Assembly (NCBI GenBank): GCA_040390045.1
Contig: JAZJZC010000001.1
Location: 36,345 to 100,344 of the forward strand
Source: Patescibacteria group bacterium
GTDB taxonomy: Bacteria > Patescibacteriota > Minisyncoccia > Phycocordibacterales > SIBU01
Length of the DNA: 64,000 bases
Direction: 5' to 3'
The position numbers were made by a program, and so were the translations under genes. The notes under the pieces were generated by a model. The model was not told the DNA's origin. It ran no database searches and worked only from the letters and a program-made list of their open reading frames with translations. Shown in pieces: positions 1 through 9,142 of this stretch. Position 1 is the first letter of the stretch. Every line of letters begins with the position of its first letter.

Positions 1-1722
1 TCGCGCAACGCGAGCCAACTCTGCTAAATCACTGTTTGACTTTGCTTCCTTGATCATCAGAGCGTTTTGAATATTTAAGGCGATGGATTTTTCATCCTTG
101 GTTTGAATTTCTTCTTGAAAAAACAAACTCTTACCTTTTCGAGCGCCCAAAGAGGCCGAAAGATGTGCGACCGTATTTAATTGCTGCCACGGCGCTAGTC
201 CAGCGGATTTATTAATAACTGCCACCCCAATTTTTCGCTCTTTTTTACCACCACCTTCTTCTTTCGGCTTTAACGTTGGGAACAAAATCACTTCCTTCAC
301 GTTTTTAACATCGGAAAATAACATCGCCAGTCGATCAATGCCAATGCCAATGCCACCGTTCGGCGGCATTCCATACTCCATAGCCTCCAAATATTCCTTA
401 TCAGATGGTGAAATATCTTTATCGCCTTTCCTACTTTTTTTATCTTGTTCCAAATATCTCTCGGCTTGATCAATCGGATTATTCAATTCTGAAAATGCGT
501 TTACGAGCTCAATACCGCCAGCAACAAGCTGGAAGCGATCAATCAATTCCGGTGTGTCCTCCTTTCTCTTGGCAAACGGATTAAAACTTAAAGGATAATC
601 AATAATGAACGTTGGCTGAACCAGTTTTGGGCGACAGGTTTTCTTATAAATAGCGTCCAGAATTTTTTCCATTGGCTCAACCCTATCAACATCCACTCCA
701 AGCTGATTGGCCTTAAGCAAAAGTTGTTCTCGAGTGATAGATTCCGGATTTTCGATCAAGGCAAAACGTCTGAGCAAATCATAAAAGGTAATCACGGCGA
801 AATCATTACCAAATTCTATTTTATTGCCATCATACAAAAACGAATCTGTATTAAAAAGTTTTTTAACTAAATATTTAAATAATTTTTCAATGAATTGCCT
901 TTGAGACAGCGCGTCCGCATAGGATTCCTGTGATTCAAGCATCGTAAATTCAGGATTATGCGTCGCGTCAATCCCTTCATTTCGAAATTTCCTACCAATT
1001 TCATAGACTTTATTAAAACCACCGACTACGAGCTTTTTAAGATAGAGCTCCTGAGCAATAGTGAGGTTGAAATCGATACCAAGCGCGTTGTGATGCGTCA
1101 CGAAAGGCCGTGCGGTTGCGCCACCAGCTAAGGTCTGCAAGCGTGGAGTTTCTACTTCAATATAGCCATCGGCATTGTAGAATGAGCGAATTTCAGTAAC
1201 CAGTTTTGATCGCAACACAAAGCGATCTTTCACTTCAGACGACATCAGCAGATCGAGATATCGGCGGCGAAATCTCTCTTCGACATCCTGCAATCCATGC
1301 CATTTTTCTGGAAGCGGACGGAGGCTTTTAGCAAGCATCGTCCAACTTTTTACTTCAACCGTTTTTTCGTTTCTTTTAGTAAGAAACAACGATCCAGAAA
1401 CCGCAACAAAATCCCCGATATCAACAGTCGAGGAAAAAAGATCGAATACGTCAGAATTTACTAAGTCTTTTTTGATCAGTGCCTGAAAATGGGCAGTACC
1501 GTCATCGAGCGTAATAAACACCAACCCGCCCTGTGGACGCAGTGAAATAATTCTACCGACGACAGAGACGTCGTCTTTGCCCTCTAACTTTTCGAATTTT
1601 TCTGCAACTTCCGCGAGACTATAATCTCTTTTGGTTTTAATAGGATAGGCATTGATCCCCTTCTCATTTAAAATTTTGAGCTTTTCTAATCGGGTATTTC
1701 GAATTTCTTCAATGGAGGCCAT
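1..1722 (-). CDS. lysS: Lysyl-tRNA synthetase (class II) with C-terminal DUF2000-like extension; 3' end runs off the window
   Basis: Manual translation from ATG 1722 (MASIEEIRNTRLEK); class II LysRS motifs, including motif 3 GIGIDRLAML...VILFPT; frame stays open to base 1. Confidence 0.95.
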   Translation of the reverse strand, partial: MASIEEIRNTRLEKLKILNEKGINAYPIKTKRDYSLAEVAEKFEKLEGKDDVSVVGRIISLRPQGGLVFITLDDGTAHFQALIKKDLVNSDVFDLFSSTVDIGDFVAVSGSLFLTKRNEKTVEVKSWTMLAKSLRPLPEKWHGLQDVEERFRRRYLDLLMSSEVKDRFVLRSKLVTEIRSFYNADGYIEVETPRLQTLAGGATARPFVTHHNALGIDFNLTIAQELYLKKLVVGGFNKVYEIGRKFRNEGIDATHNPEFTMLESQESYADALSQRQFIEKLFKYLVKKLFNTDSFLYDGNKIEFGNDFAVITFYDLLRRFALIENPESITREQLLLKANQLGVDVDRVEPMEKILDAIYKKTCRPKLVQPTFIIDYPLSFNPFAKRKEDTPELIDRFQLVAGGIELVNAFSELNNPIDQAERYLEQDKKSRKGDKDISPSDKEYLEAMEYGMPPNGGIGIGIDRLAMLFSDVKNVKEVILFPTLKPKEEGGGKKERKIGVAVINKSAGLAPWQQLNTVAHLSASLGARKGKSLFFQEEIQTKDEKSIALNIQNALMIKEAKSNSDLAELARVAR

Positions 1723-1728
1723 GTGTTT

Positions 1729-1842
1729 AAATTCGAAATCCGAATATCGAAATCCGAAACAATCCCTAAATCCAAAATTTCAATATTTAAAATTTTGTGC
1801 TTTTAATTTGTTTCGAATTTCGCGCTTCGAATTTCGTGCTTT
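1729..1842. repeat. Inverted period-7 degenerate repeat (AAATCCG/AATTTCG-type)
   Basis: aaattcgaaatccgaatatcgaaatccgaaac ... gtttcgaatttcgcgcttcgaatttcgtgcttt: two inverted heptad tracts. Confidence 0.75.
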
Positions 1843-1844
1843 GT

Positions 1845-2312
1845 CTATTCGAGTTCAGTTATTTTATATTCAACAACGCCAACCGGAGTGGTAACTTTAA
1901 ATTGATCCGACTTCTTTTTTCCGATCATGGCTGAACCGAGCGGAGAATGAATCGAGAGTTTTGATTCGGCCAAGTTGGCTTCCTCGGAACCAACAATTTT
2001 AAATTTTGATTTTGATTTGTCTTTCAATTTTTCAATGTGAACCACAGATCCAATGCCCACCACTTCACTGTGATGAATCGACATGATTTCGGCAGACTTC
2101 AACATCGCTTCCAAACGAAGAATTTGATCTTCAATGTTTGCCTGATTTTCGCGAGCTTCGTGGTACTCGGCGTTTTCAGAAAGATCTCCGAGAGATTTGG
2201 CGTATTCGAGACTTTCAGCGACTTCTTTTCTTTTTACCGTTTTGAGTTCTTCAAGTTTTTTGGTCAATTCTTCAAACTTCTCCTTGGTCAGATATTCTTT
2301 TTTGTCATCCAT
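1845..2312 (-). CDS. greA: Transcription elongation factor GreA
   Basis: GDLSENAEY and SIHSPLGSAMIGKK motifs; start placed at MDDKKEY. Confidence 0.95.
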   Translation of the reverse strand: MDDKKEYLTKEKFEELTKKLEELKTVKRKEVAESLEYAKSLGDLSENAEYHEARENQANIEDQILRLEAMLKSAEIMSIHHSEVVGIGSVVHIEKLKDKSKSKFKIVGSEEANLAESKLSIHSPLGSAMIGKKKSDQFKVTTPVGVVEYKITELE

Positions 2313-2388
2313 ACGTGTAAATTTTAATTGCAATAATAAAAAATTGTATACATTGTGACCCCCAAAGTCAATGCTGTTCGCAGTCTTC

Positions 2389-2504
2389 AATACGAAAATA
2401 GGAAAGTGAGTACGAACATACGAAAAAATACAAAAACTTTTGCCTGCTCTCTACAATTTTCGTATCATTTCGTATTTTCGTTAGTCCGCGTTTCGTATGG
2501 AAGG
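2389..2504. repeat. TACGAA-rich palindromic element, inverted copy of 39750-39863
   Basis: Reverse complement aligns by eye with ccctccgatacgaaatgcgggccaacgaaaatacgaaattatacgaaaa...ttcgtatt at 39750. Confidence 0.8.
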
Positions 2505-2540
2505 GCGGAAAGCGAGGTATTTTCGTATGACAACTCAACA

Positions 2541-3572
2541 CTACGCAATAGAATAGACTCCATCCTTGGTCTTCTTGAAAAATTTAGGATTTTGCAAATT
2601 GACAATGATGGTGTTCTCTTTGACATACCTCTCCTTCATCACCTTATCGATAATTTGTTCTCGGTTGAGCGGTCCATTGCTCTCTAAAACCTTCCTGATG
2701 ACATCTTTGACAACTCCTGACATGTATCCCCATTCGGCGAGCGCGTAGAGGCCTCGGCCAACGAGTACAAATCGAGGATCTTTGATGAGTTCGTTGTGGG
2801 TAGTGGCAATATGAGCTTTCTTACCGAAAAGTTTTTCAATCGACTTTGCGACTTCTCTAAAGTGAATTGGAGAACCGTGTCGGCGAATGACCAAAAAGGC
2901 GTAATCGCGCATGCCTTTGGCGTGAATATTTGGAGAAGATTTAAGTCCCCATTCACCAAGCGGATTTTTACCAATAGTTTTTGAAAGTTCAAGCCAGCGC
3001 TTGATCACGTCATTCTTAGATTTATAGTCATCAGAAATATCTTCAACATGCGTGAGAAAGTGCGCAATAATATCGAGTTCAGAAACCAAATCTTTGTCAG
3101 AAAGATTTTTATAAAGTTTTTTCAAAGCGTCGTGAACTTTTTTGGCTAGTGAATCACTGACATGCCAGCGGTGTTTGAAATTTTCATCTTCTTTTTCGCG
3201 TTTAAATGGATCACCCAAAACCAAAAGCAACTGAATGTGATTTTGAGTGCTCTTGTCTTTGGCGACGTACTCAAGAAAATTTTCCTCGCTAATAATGCCA
3301 CCAAGCTTATGAAAAAGTGCTTCCAACTCGGAAAAAACGCCTTTTTCTTTTGCGTAGGACTCAGCTCGCTTGATGCTGTGAACGGCATAATTTTCAATCT
3401 GTCTGACTCGTTCGCGGGTGATACCATATTTCTTGCCGATGGCTTCTAGGGTCATCTTTTTGGAATCTTTGTCGAGTCCATAGCGACTGACAATCACATC
3501 CCGCGCGCGATCAGGCAAGATGGCGAGAAGCCTCTTGACCACTTGTTTTGGATTGAAAGTAATGACGTTCAT
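2541..3572 (-). CDS. Sigma-70 region 4-like HTH plus HARE-HTH/RNAP delta-like protein (CPR-type)
   Basis: N-terminal RYGL...TLEAIGKKYGITRERVRQIE; C-terminal TTHNELIKDPRFVLVGRGLYALAEWG. Confidence 0.8.
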   Translation of the reverse strand: MNVITFNPKQVVKRLLAILPDRARDVIVSRYGLDKDSKKMTLEAIGKKYGITRERVRQIENYAVHSIKRAESYAKEKGVFSELEALFHKLGGIISEENFLEYVAKDKSTQNHIQLLLVLGDPFKREKEDENFKHRWHVSDSLAKKVHDALKKLYKNLSDKDLVSELDIIAHFLTHVEDISDDYKSKNDVIKRWLELSKTIGKNPLGEWGLKSSPNIHAKGMRDYAFLVIRRHGSPIHFREVAKSIEKLFGKKAHIATTHNELIKDPRFVLVGRGLYALAEWGYMSGVVKDVIRKVLESNGPLNREQIIDKVMKERYVKENTIIVNLQNPKFFKKTKDGVYSIA

Positions 3573-3669
3573 TGGTCTTCTGATTAATCTCTAAAAACCT
3601 AGTAATAAGTTCACTTTTTAATGATTCGCTTCAGTGTAAGTCATGTTTACCGTTTTGTCAAACATTAGG

Positions 3670-6600
3670 TTATACAACAACATTAAGTAACCTGCCTTTG
3701 ACGTAAATTAATTTTTTTATCGGCAATTCAGCAATCCATTTTTTAATTTCTGGTAAATTGAGCGCCAGCTCTTTCGCTTCTGCTTCAGTCAACTCAGTTT
3801 CGGTATTCAAGGTGGAACGCATTTTACCGTTAACCTGAATCACCAAAACTCCCCCACTTTTTGAGGCTAATTTGGAATCATACACAGGCCAGGAACTCAG
3901 GTGAATAGATTTTTTATTGCCCAACAGAGACCATAATTCATCAGTAATGTGCGGCGCAAACGGAGCCAAAAGTTGCAACAAAATTTCGTACTCTTTCCGG
4001 GAAACAGTTTCCGCTTTTTCAAATTCATTGAGCAAGACCATCATGGCGCTCACTGCGGTATTAAATCGCATCGCCTCGATGTCTTCGGAAACTTTTTTGA
4101 TAGTCTTATGCAACAGAGTAGATTCATGATTCACGATTTTAGATTCAGGATTTTCTTGATTCCTATTCTTGAATCGTGATTCTTGAATCGTGATTCTTTC
4201 CTTGAGCTTCCAGACTCGCTCAAGGAATCTCCTTGGTCCCACCATGCTTTCTGTAGACCACGCAATATGCTGATCGAAAGGTCCCATAAACATTTCGTAG
4301 AGACGCAAGGTGTCAGCGCCGAATGTTTTAATAAGCGTGTCAGGGTTAACAACGTTTCCCAACGATTTAGACATTTTTACTCCACCTTCACCCAAAATTA
4401 ATCCGTGTGATGTACGTTTCAAATACGGCTCACTTGTGGGAACCAGACCTAAGTCAAAAAGAAATTTATGCCAAAAACGTGAGTACAAAAGGTGCAAGGT
4501 TGTGTGTTCCATGCCACCGTTGTACCAATCAACCGGTGTCCAGTAATCAAGTGCGCTCTTATTTTTTAAATCAAAACTTTTACCTTTTTTTACGACGTAC
4601 GCGAGATAATACCAAGAAGATCCAGCCCAATTTGGCATGGTGTCTGTTTCGCGACGAGCTGGGCCTTTGCAAACCGGACACTTCACGTTGACCCACTTTG
4701 AAATACTAGCAAGTGGCGATTCGCCGGTATCAGTTGGCTTGTAATTTTTCACGTTCGGAAGTTTCAGCGGCAGATCTTTTTCAGCGAGTGGCACAATGCC
4801 ACATTTTTCACAATGAATGACAGGAATCGGTTCCCCCCAATATCGCTGTCTCGAAAATACCCAGTCACGGATTTTGTACTTTACAATTTTTTCAGCAAAA
4901 CCTTTTTCCTTGAGCCATTCGACAATTTTAGGACGCGCTTCTTTTGAAGTTAAGCCGTCAAAAGTTCCTGAGTTAAAAAGAATTCCCTCTCCCTCGTAGC
5001 AGGTCTCAAGAGTTTTAACTTTTTCAAACAAAACAGGATCACTTGGTTTAATGGAAACCTTGAGCGGGATTCCATATTTTTTTGCCATATCAAAATCTCG
5101 CTTATCATGGGCATCTGCAAATACCGCTCCGGTGCCATATTCTCCAAGCACAAAATCTGAAACCCAGACTGCCATACTTTCTAGGGTTGCGGGATTTATG
5201 GCTTCAATACCCTTCAATTGCACTCCTGTTTTATTTTCTTTATCAGTTCTCTCAATGTCGGTCTTTTTCTTTGAATTGGAAATAAATCGTTCGATTTCTT
5301 CGAGATTTTCGAAGCTCTTCGCTAACTTTTTAATAATCGGATGTTCTGGGGCAACAACAAGAAAAGTACCGGAAAAAATGGTATCGATGCGCGTTGTGAA
5401 AACATCAACCTCTGAAATTTCATTCTTGAATCCTGATTCTTGAATCTTGAATCGAATTTGAGCTCCTTCAGATTTTCCAATCCAATTCTTCTGTTGTAAT
5501 TTTATTTTTTCCAAATACTCGATCGGAGTGTGGCCAGCAAGCATCCTTGATACAAACTTTTCATGGAAAAGTGAGATCACTTTTTTGTAACGCACCTCGT
5601 CCGACTGATCAGACTTGAAAACGCCAGTCTGCGCATCTTTCAGAAAAGCTTCAGTAGGATAGCCGGGCCAATAATTTTTGGTCTGTTCGTCCTGCAAAAT
5701 ATAGTCACTCGGCACAACCTCCTCCACCATACTTCCCGCCTCATCGGTAAATGAAGTGGCATAGTGAAAATTAGCGGGAGAGCTTCCGCCGACTGTTTTT
5801 AAGAAATTCTTGAGAAATTCTATGACCTCTTCATCAGTGGCACGTTCACTGTTTGGATTAGCATGCTTTCGCATGTGGACCATAACACCGTTATTCTCTG
5901 GCCATTTTTCAATCCAGAAAATATTATCGGTGGCAATAGTGGGAAAGCCAGTTTTTTTGAAATAAAACTCAGACTTCATTCTGGCATTTTCCTTGAAATC
6001 ATCGCCCTCTATTAAACTAGAGTCGTCAACCGGTGGCACGTCATCGAGCGAAAGCAGTTCAATGCCGGCAACACCTGCGAGGCAGGTTTTTATCATTTTC
6101 ACCTTGGCCGGATTTCTGGTGCCAATCAAAATCTTTTTATTATCCAAGTCGCGATCAAGTCGGTCAGCGTACTTCGTAATGGCCAACATCCACTGTTCTT
6201 TTTCGCGTTTCTCAACGGGTGTGCCACAACGCTCACAACAACCGTCCACCACTTCCTCATTAGCAAGACCAATCTTGTCTTTCGGACACCAATTGATCGC
6301 CATCTTTTTTTTGTAGGCCAAACCCTTCTCGAGAAATTTCAAAAAAATCCATTGCGTCCATTTGTAATATTCCGGATCGGTGGTGTTGATTTCCCGCGAC
6401 CAATCAAAACTAAACCCCAACTCTTTAAGCTGACGTTGGAAATTTTCGGTGTTTTTTTTGGTCACAATCGCCGGATGAATCCCGGTTTTGATGGCGTAAT
6501 TTTCCGTCGGCAATCCGAACGCATCCCAACCGATTGGGTACAACACTTCAAAACCTTCCGCTCGACGCTTGCGAGCGATTACATCCATAGCAGTATTCGA

Positions 6601-6798
6601 GCGAATATGCCCGACATGCAAACCATCTCCAGACGGATAGGGAAATTCGATTAGACCGTAAAATTTCTTGGGCGCAGAACTTCGCGGAACAGACGCGGAA
6701 CCACGCGGAAATTTCTGATCCTTAGCTTGGTTGAGTTTATTTTTCTCCCAAATCTTTTGCCATTTTTTTTCAATTTTTAGATGGTTGTAGTCGTTCAT
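3670..6798 (-). CDS. leuS: Leucyl-tRNA synthetase with inserted Ham1/ITPase-like domain
   Basis: PYPSGDGLHVGH, GWDAFGLP, SRQRYWGEPIP, KMSKS; ~205-aa insert at about 5525-6141. Confidence 0.95.
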   Translation of the reverse strand: MNDYNHLKIEKKWQKIWEKNKLNQAKDQKFPRGSASVPRSSAPKKFYGLIEFPYPSGDGLHVGHIRSNTAMDVIARKRRAEGFEVLYPIGWDAFGLPTENYAIKTGIHPAIVTKKNTENFQRQLKELGFSFDWSREINTTDPEYYKWTQWIFLKFLEKGLAYKKKMAINWCPKDKIGLANEEVVDGCCERCGTPVEKREKEQWMLAITKYADRLDRDLDNKKILIGTRNPAKVKMIKTCLAGVAGIELLSLDDVPPVDDSSLIEGDDFKENARMKSEFYFKKTGFPTIATDNIFWIEKWPENNGVMVHMRKHANPNSERATDEEVIEFLKNFLKTVGGSSPANFHYATSFTDEAGSMVEEVVPSDYILQDEQTKNYWPGYPTEAFLKDAQTGVFKSDQSDEVRYKKVISLFHEKFVSRMLAGHTPIEYLEKIKLQQKNWIGKSEGAQIRFKIQESGFKNEISEVDVFTTRIDTIFSGTFLVVAPEHPIIKKLAKSFENLEEIERFISNSKKKTDIERTDKENKTGVQLKGIEAINPATLESMAVWVSDFVLGEYGTGAVFADAHDKRDFDMAKKYGIPLKVSIKPSDPVLFEKVKTLETCYEGEGILFNSGTFDGLTSKEARPKIVEWLKEKGFAEKIVKYKIRDWVFSRQRYWGEPIPVIHCEKCGIVPLAEKDLPLKLPNVKNYKPTDTGESPLASISKWVNVKCPVCKGPARRETDTMPNWAGSSWYYLAYVVKKGKSFDLKNKSALDYWTPVDWYNGGMEHTTLHLLYSRFWHKFLFDLGLVPTSEPYLKRTSHGLILGEGGVKMSKSLGNVVNPDTLIKTFGADTLRLYEMFMGPFDQHIAWSTESMVGPRRFLERVWKLKERITIQESRFKNRNQENPESKIVNHESTLLHKTIKKVSEDIEAMRFNTAVSAMMVLLNEFEKAETVSRKEYEILLQLLAPFAPHITDELWSLLGNKKSIHLSSWPVYDSKLASKSGGVLVIQVNGKMRSTLNTETELTEAEAKELALNLPEIKKWIAELPIKKLIYVKGRLLNVVV

Positions 6799-6850
6799 TA
6801 CAGAAAATAATGCCACAGATCAAAGCTTTTTACCATATTAACGCAATCTA

Positions 6851-6880
6851 TTGACAAACTCAGTATATGTGTGATATTCT
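6851..6880 (+). promoter_or_regulatory. Sigma70-like promoter of ORFan 7011
   Basis: TTGACA-N18-TATTCT. Confidence 0.55.
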
Positions 6881-7010
6881 GCATCGCAGATACCTTGTTG
6901 TTTGTCATCTTAACCCTGGCAAAAACACTAAATCGCTCACGCGTTTAGTCCGTAGCAACAAAGACGCAAATGCATCTGAAATTGCTGGTGGGTATTGAAC
7001 ACTCGTTACA

Positions 7011-7457
7011 ATGAAAACACTCAAATCACTGCTGGTCTGGTCCGCCCTCATCACCACTCTTATGACCTTGCTCGGCCTGTTCTTCGTCGCTAGCAATGGT
7101 GACTACGAGCTCCGGGACGCGAACAACGCGCTTCTGGATTGGAAGGAGGTCGTCACCGGCGAGAGCCACTTTCGTGGCTACGAGATGCCGATCGGCATCG
7201 GCTCCGTCGCGGTAGACCAACTCGCTGGCGAGGCCTATCAGGCCAGTGCCTATGGTGCCAGTCGCGCCGGCAATGCCCTCGCGATCTACATCACCCCGGA
7301 CTTTGTCCCATTCACTTGTGGACTCGCGTGGCTTTGGACGGCATTTCTGGTCGTGGCCTACGTCGTCTGCTTATTCTGGCGAACATTTGGGATTGATTGC
7401 CTTGCCAAAATCAAATACTGGCAAATTGAAAGGATTCGCAAGGCCTCCGAACAGTAA
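7011..7457 (+). CDS. Hypothetical membrane protein (2 TM, GC-rich ORFan)
   Basis: 148-aa ORF, hydrophobic N- and C-terminal segments, own promoter and terminator. Confidence 0.7.
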   Translation: MKTLKSLLVWSALITTLMTLLGLFFVASNGDYELRDANNALLDWKEVVTGESHFRGYEMPIGIGSVAVDQLAGEAYQASAYGASRAGNALAIYITPDFVPFTCGLAWLWTAFLVVAYVVCLFWRTFGIDCLAKIKYWQIERIRKASEQ

Positions 7458-7472
7458 ATTCGGCAAAACCAC

Positions 7473-7515
7473 AGCGCTTCATTCGATCAAAATTCGGATG
7501 AAGCGCTTTTCTTTT
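7473..7515 (+). terminator. Intrinsic terminator
   Basis: agcgcttcat...atgaagcgct followed by T tract. Confidence 0.7.
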
Positions 7516-7569
7516 TACCTGAAAAAAGGAAAAAGGCTGTCACAAATTGACAGCCTTTGGAAAATAAAA

Positions 7570-7683
7570 TTATTGGATGTACATCATGGCATAGGCCACA
7601 ACACAAACTAGCAGAGCCACTCCGACAGCCTTTGAGCTAAATCGGACTGACCTACACCTGCCAACTCTCGATCTTCTACTCAT
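7570..7683 (-). CDS. Small membrane protein (37 aa), below the ORF-track cutoff
   Basis: MSRRSRVGRCRSVRFSSKAVGVALLVCVVAYAMMYIQ; upstream TTGCTA..TGgTATTGT and downstream hairpin 7531-7558. Confidence 0.5.
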   Translation of the reverse strand: MSRRSRVGRCRSVRFSSKAVGVALLVCVVAYAMMYIQ

Positions 7684-7740
7684 ACCAGCCGACACAATAC
7701 CATATTTCGACTTGATTAGCAAACCGCCTGATCCCGCTCA

Positions 7741-8679
7741 CTAATAGACAGGTTTTGGTGTCGAATACGCCCTTGGATCAATCGTTCTTTCGAAACAGTA
7801 CTTGCCCACAGGATGAGTCCAGGTAGCGCCTCCGTATGGATATGGAGCGGCAACACTGGCATTTTTAGCATCGTTTGAGGCGTAATTGAAATCGGCGCAA
7901 AGGTTGTACGTCGTAGCGTTTTTCTTTTGATACTCGTAGGATTTGCCCGATTGCTGATCAACAGGCGGAGTGAAATAATTACCGGAAGTAGTGAGATCAG
8001 AAAATGAAGCTGGTAAAACTCCTTTCACTTGGTAGAAATACGTTACTTGAGAATCGATATTTTGCAGATCGCTGATTTTTGCGCTGTCATATTTGTAAAG
8101 TTTCTGCGTGCGTGGTGAACCTAAAACAGCAAATCCCCAAACGATTGAACCGATTACTAACACAGCTGCAATACCCAACCAAACTTTTTGAGACATAGGA
8201 TTCAACTTTCCGCGCAAATCTGAAATGTAATAGAAAAAGACTGCAAACGTGACTACGAGCACCGCCAAAACTTTGAGTACAAATCCAGTATTCAACTCCT
8301 GTCCGTCAATAAAGTAGTACAAAATGGTTACCAAATCCCCCGCCATCGCAATCCCTGCAACGAAAAGCGTAATGTAGGTAAGCCACTTGCGAAGGCCGAA
8401 AATTTTCCTATCTGGCTCAGTGGCGTAATCTTTCTCCAAAAACCACATCAGGAAAACGTAGAGCGGAAAGAAAATAACTAAGATTGAAACAGGCCAACTG
8501 ATTGATTGGCTACCGAAATAATAATAGCCGTAGGTAATTTGCGGATAGGCGGCGTTAATCACCGAAAACAAAAGGTTGAGAAGACTGATGACTACGGTAT
8601 AAAGCGCAACGATAGCTCCCAAATTGAGAAATAGATCTTTGGGACTGGTTCTAGGTTTAGTTTGTTGAATAGTGTCCAT
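7741..8679 (-). CDS. DUF5671-like membrane protein (CPR-type)
   Basis: 5 TM segments; GSPRTQKLYKYD...ISDLQ; YNLCADF; GKYCFER. Confidence 0.75.
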   Translation of the reverse strand: MDTIQQTKPRTSPKDLFLNLGAIVALYTVVISLLNLLFSVINAAYPQITYGYYYFGSQSISWPVSILVIFFPLYVFLMWFLEKDYATEPDRKIFGLRKWLTYITLFVAGIAMAGDLVTILYYFIDGQELNTGFVLKVLAVLVVTFAVFFYYISDLRGKLNPMSQKVWLGIAAVLVIGSIVWGFAVLGSPRTQKLYKYDSAKISDLQNIDSQVTYFYQVKGVLPASFSDLTTSGNYFTPPVDQQSGKSYEYQKKNATTYNLCADFNYASNDAKNASVAAPYPYGGATWTHPVGKYCFERTIDPRAYSTPKPVY

Positions 8680-8784
8680 AAAATTTGGTTAATTGATATA
8701 AGAACATTGTATCCCAAACCCGGCAAATACTCTAATATATTCCATCAATGAAAAACCACCGCGGGAAGGGGTGGTTTGAGAGAC

Positions 8785-8973
8785 TTAAGGGTTTAAATGT
8801 ACCCACAAGGTACAGAAAAAGAAAAGGAGAGAAAGTACTACGGCCACTGCTACTACCAACCCCTCCGGAGAAGCCTTCGATTGGTGTATAGGCGGTGGTT
8901 TGTTTTTCCCGTGCGGGAACAAGGATGGGATGGAACTACTACTGTGCCATTCCCTTTGGACTCGATGGACCAC
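8785..8973 (-). CDS. Small hypothetical protein with C-terminal TM
   Basis: 62-aa ORF followed by terminator hairpin 8751-8777. Confidence 0.5.
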   Translation of the reverse strand: MVHRVQREWHSSSSIPSLFPHGKNKPPPIHQSKASPEGLVVAVAVVLSLLFFFCTLWVHLNP

Positions 8974-9142
8974 AAGGTTATCCTTTCACATTTACTATCG
9001 CGAACAATAGCACGTAATTAAAAATAACAAAACAACTTGCATTTAAGTAATCTTTTGGTGTATTATCTAATCATCACCAACGGAAAAGATCACCCCACAA
9101 GGTTTCGTCCTTATGGGGCCTTTTCTTTTCTATTTTTCAAAA

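Noticed and set aside
5525-6141. Intein in LeuRS
   Set aside because: No C/S start, HN end or LAGLIDADG motifs; resembles Ham1 instead
6915-6985. c-di-GMP-I riboswitch (GGCAAA...GACGCAAA)
   Set aside because: The short GNRA-capped stem between the motifs and the downstream receptor stem are not present
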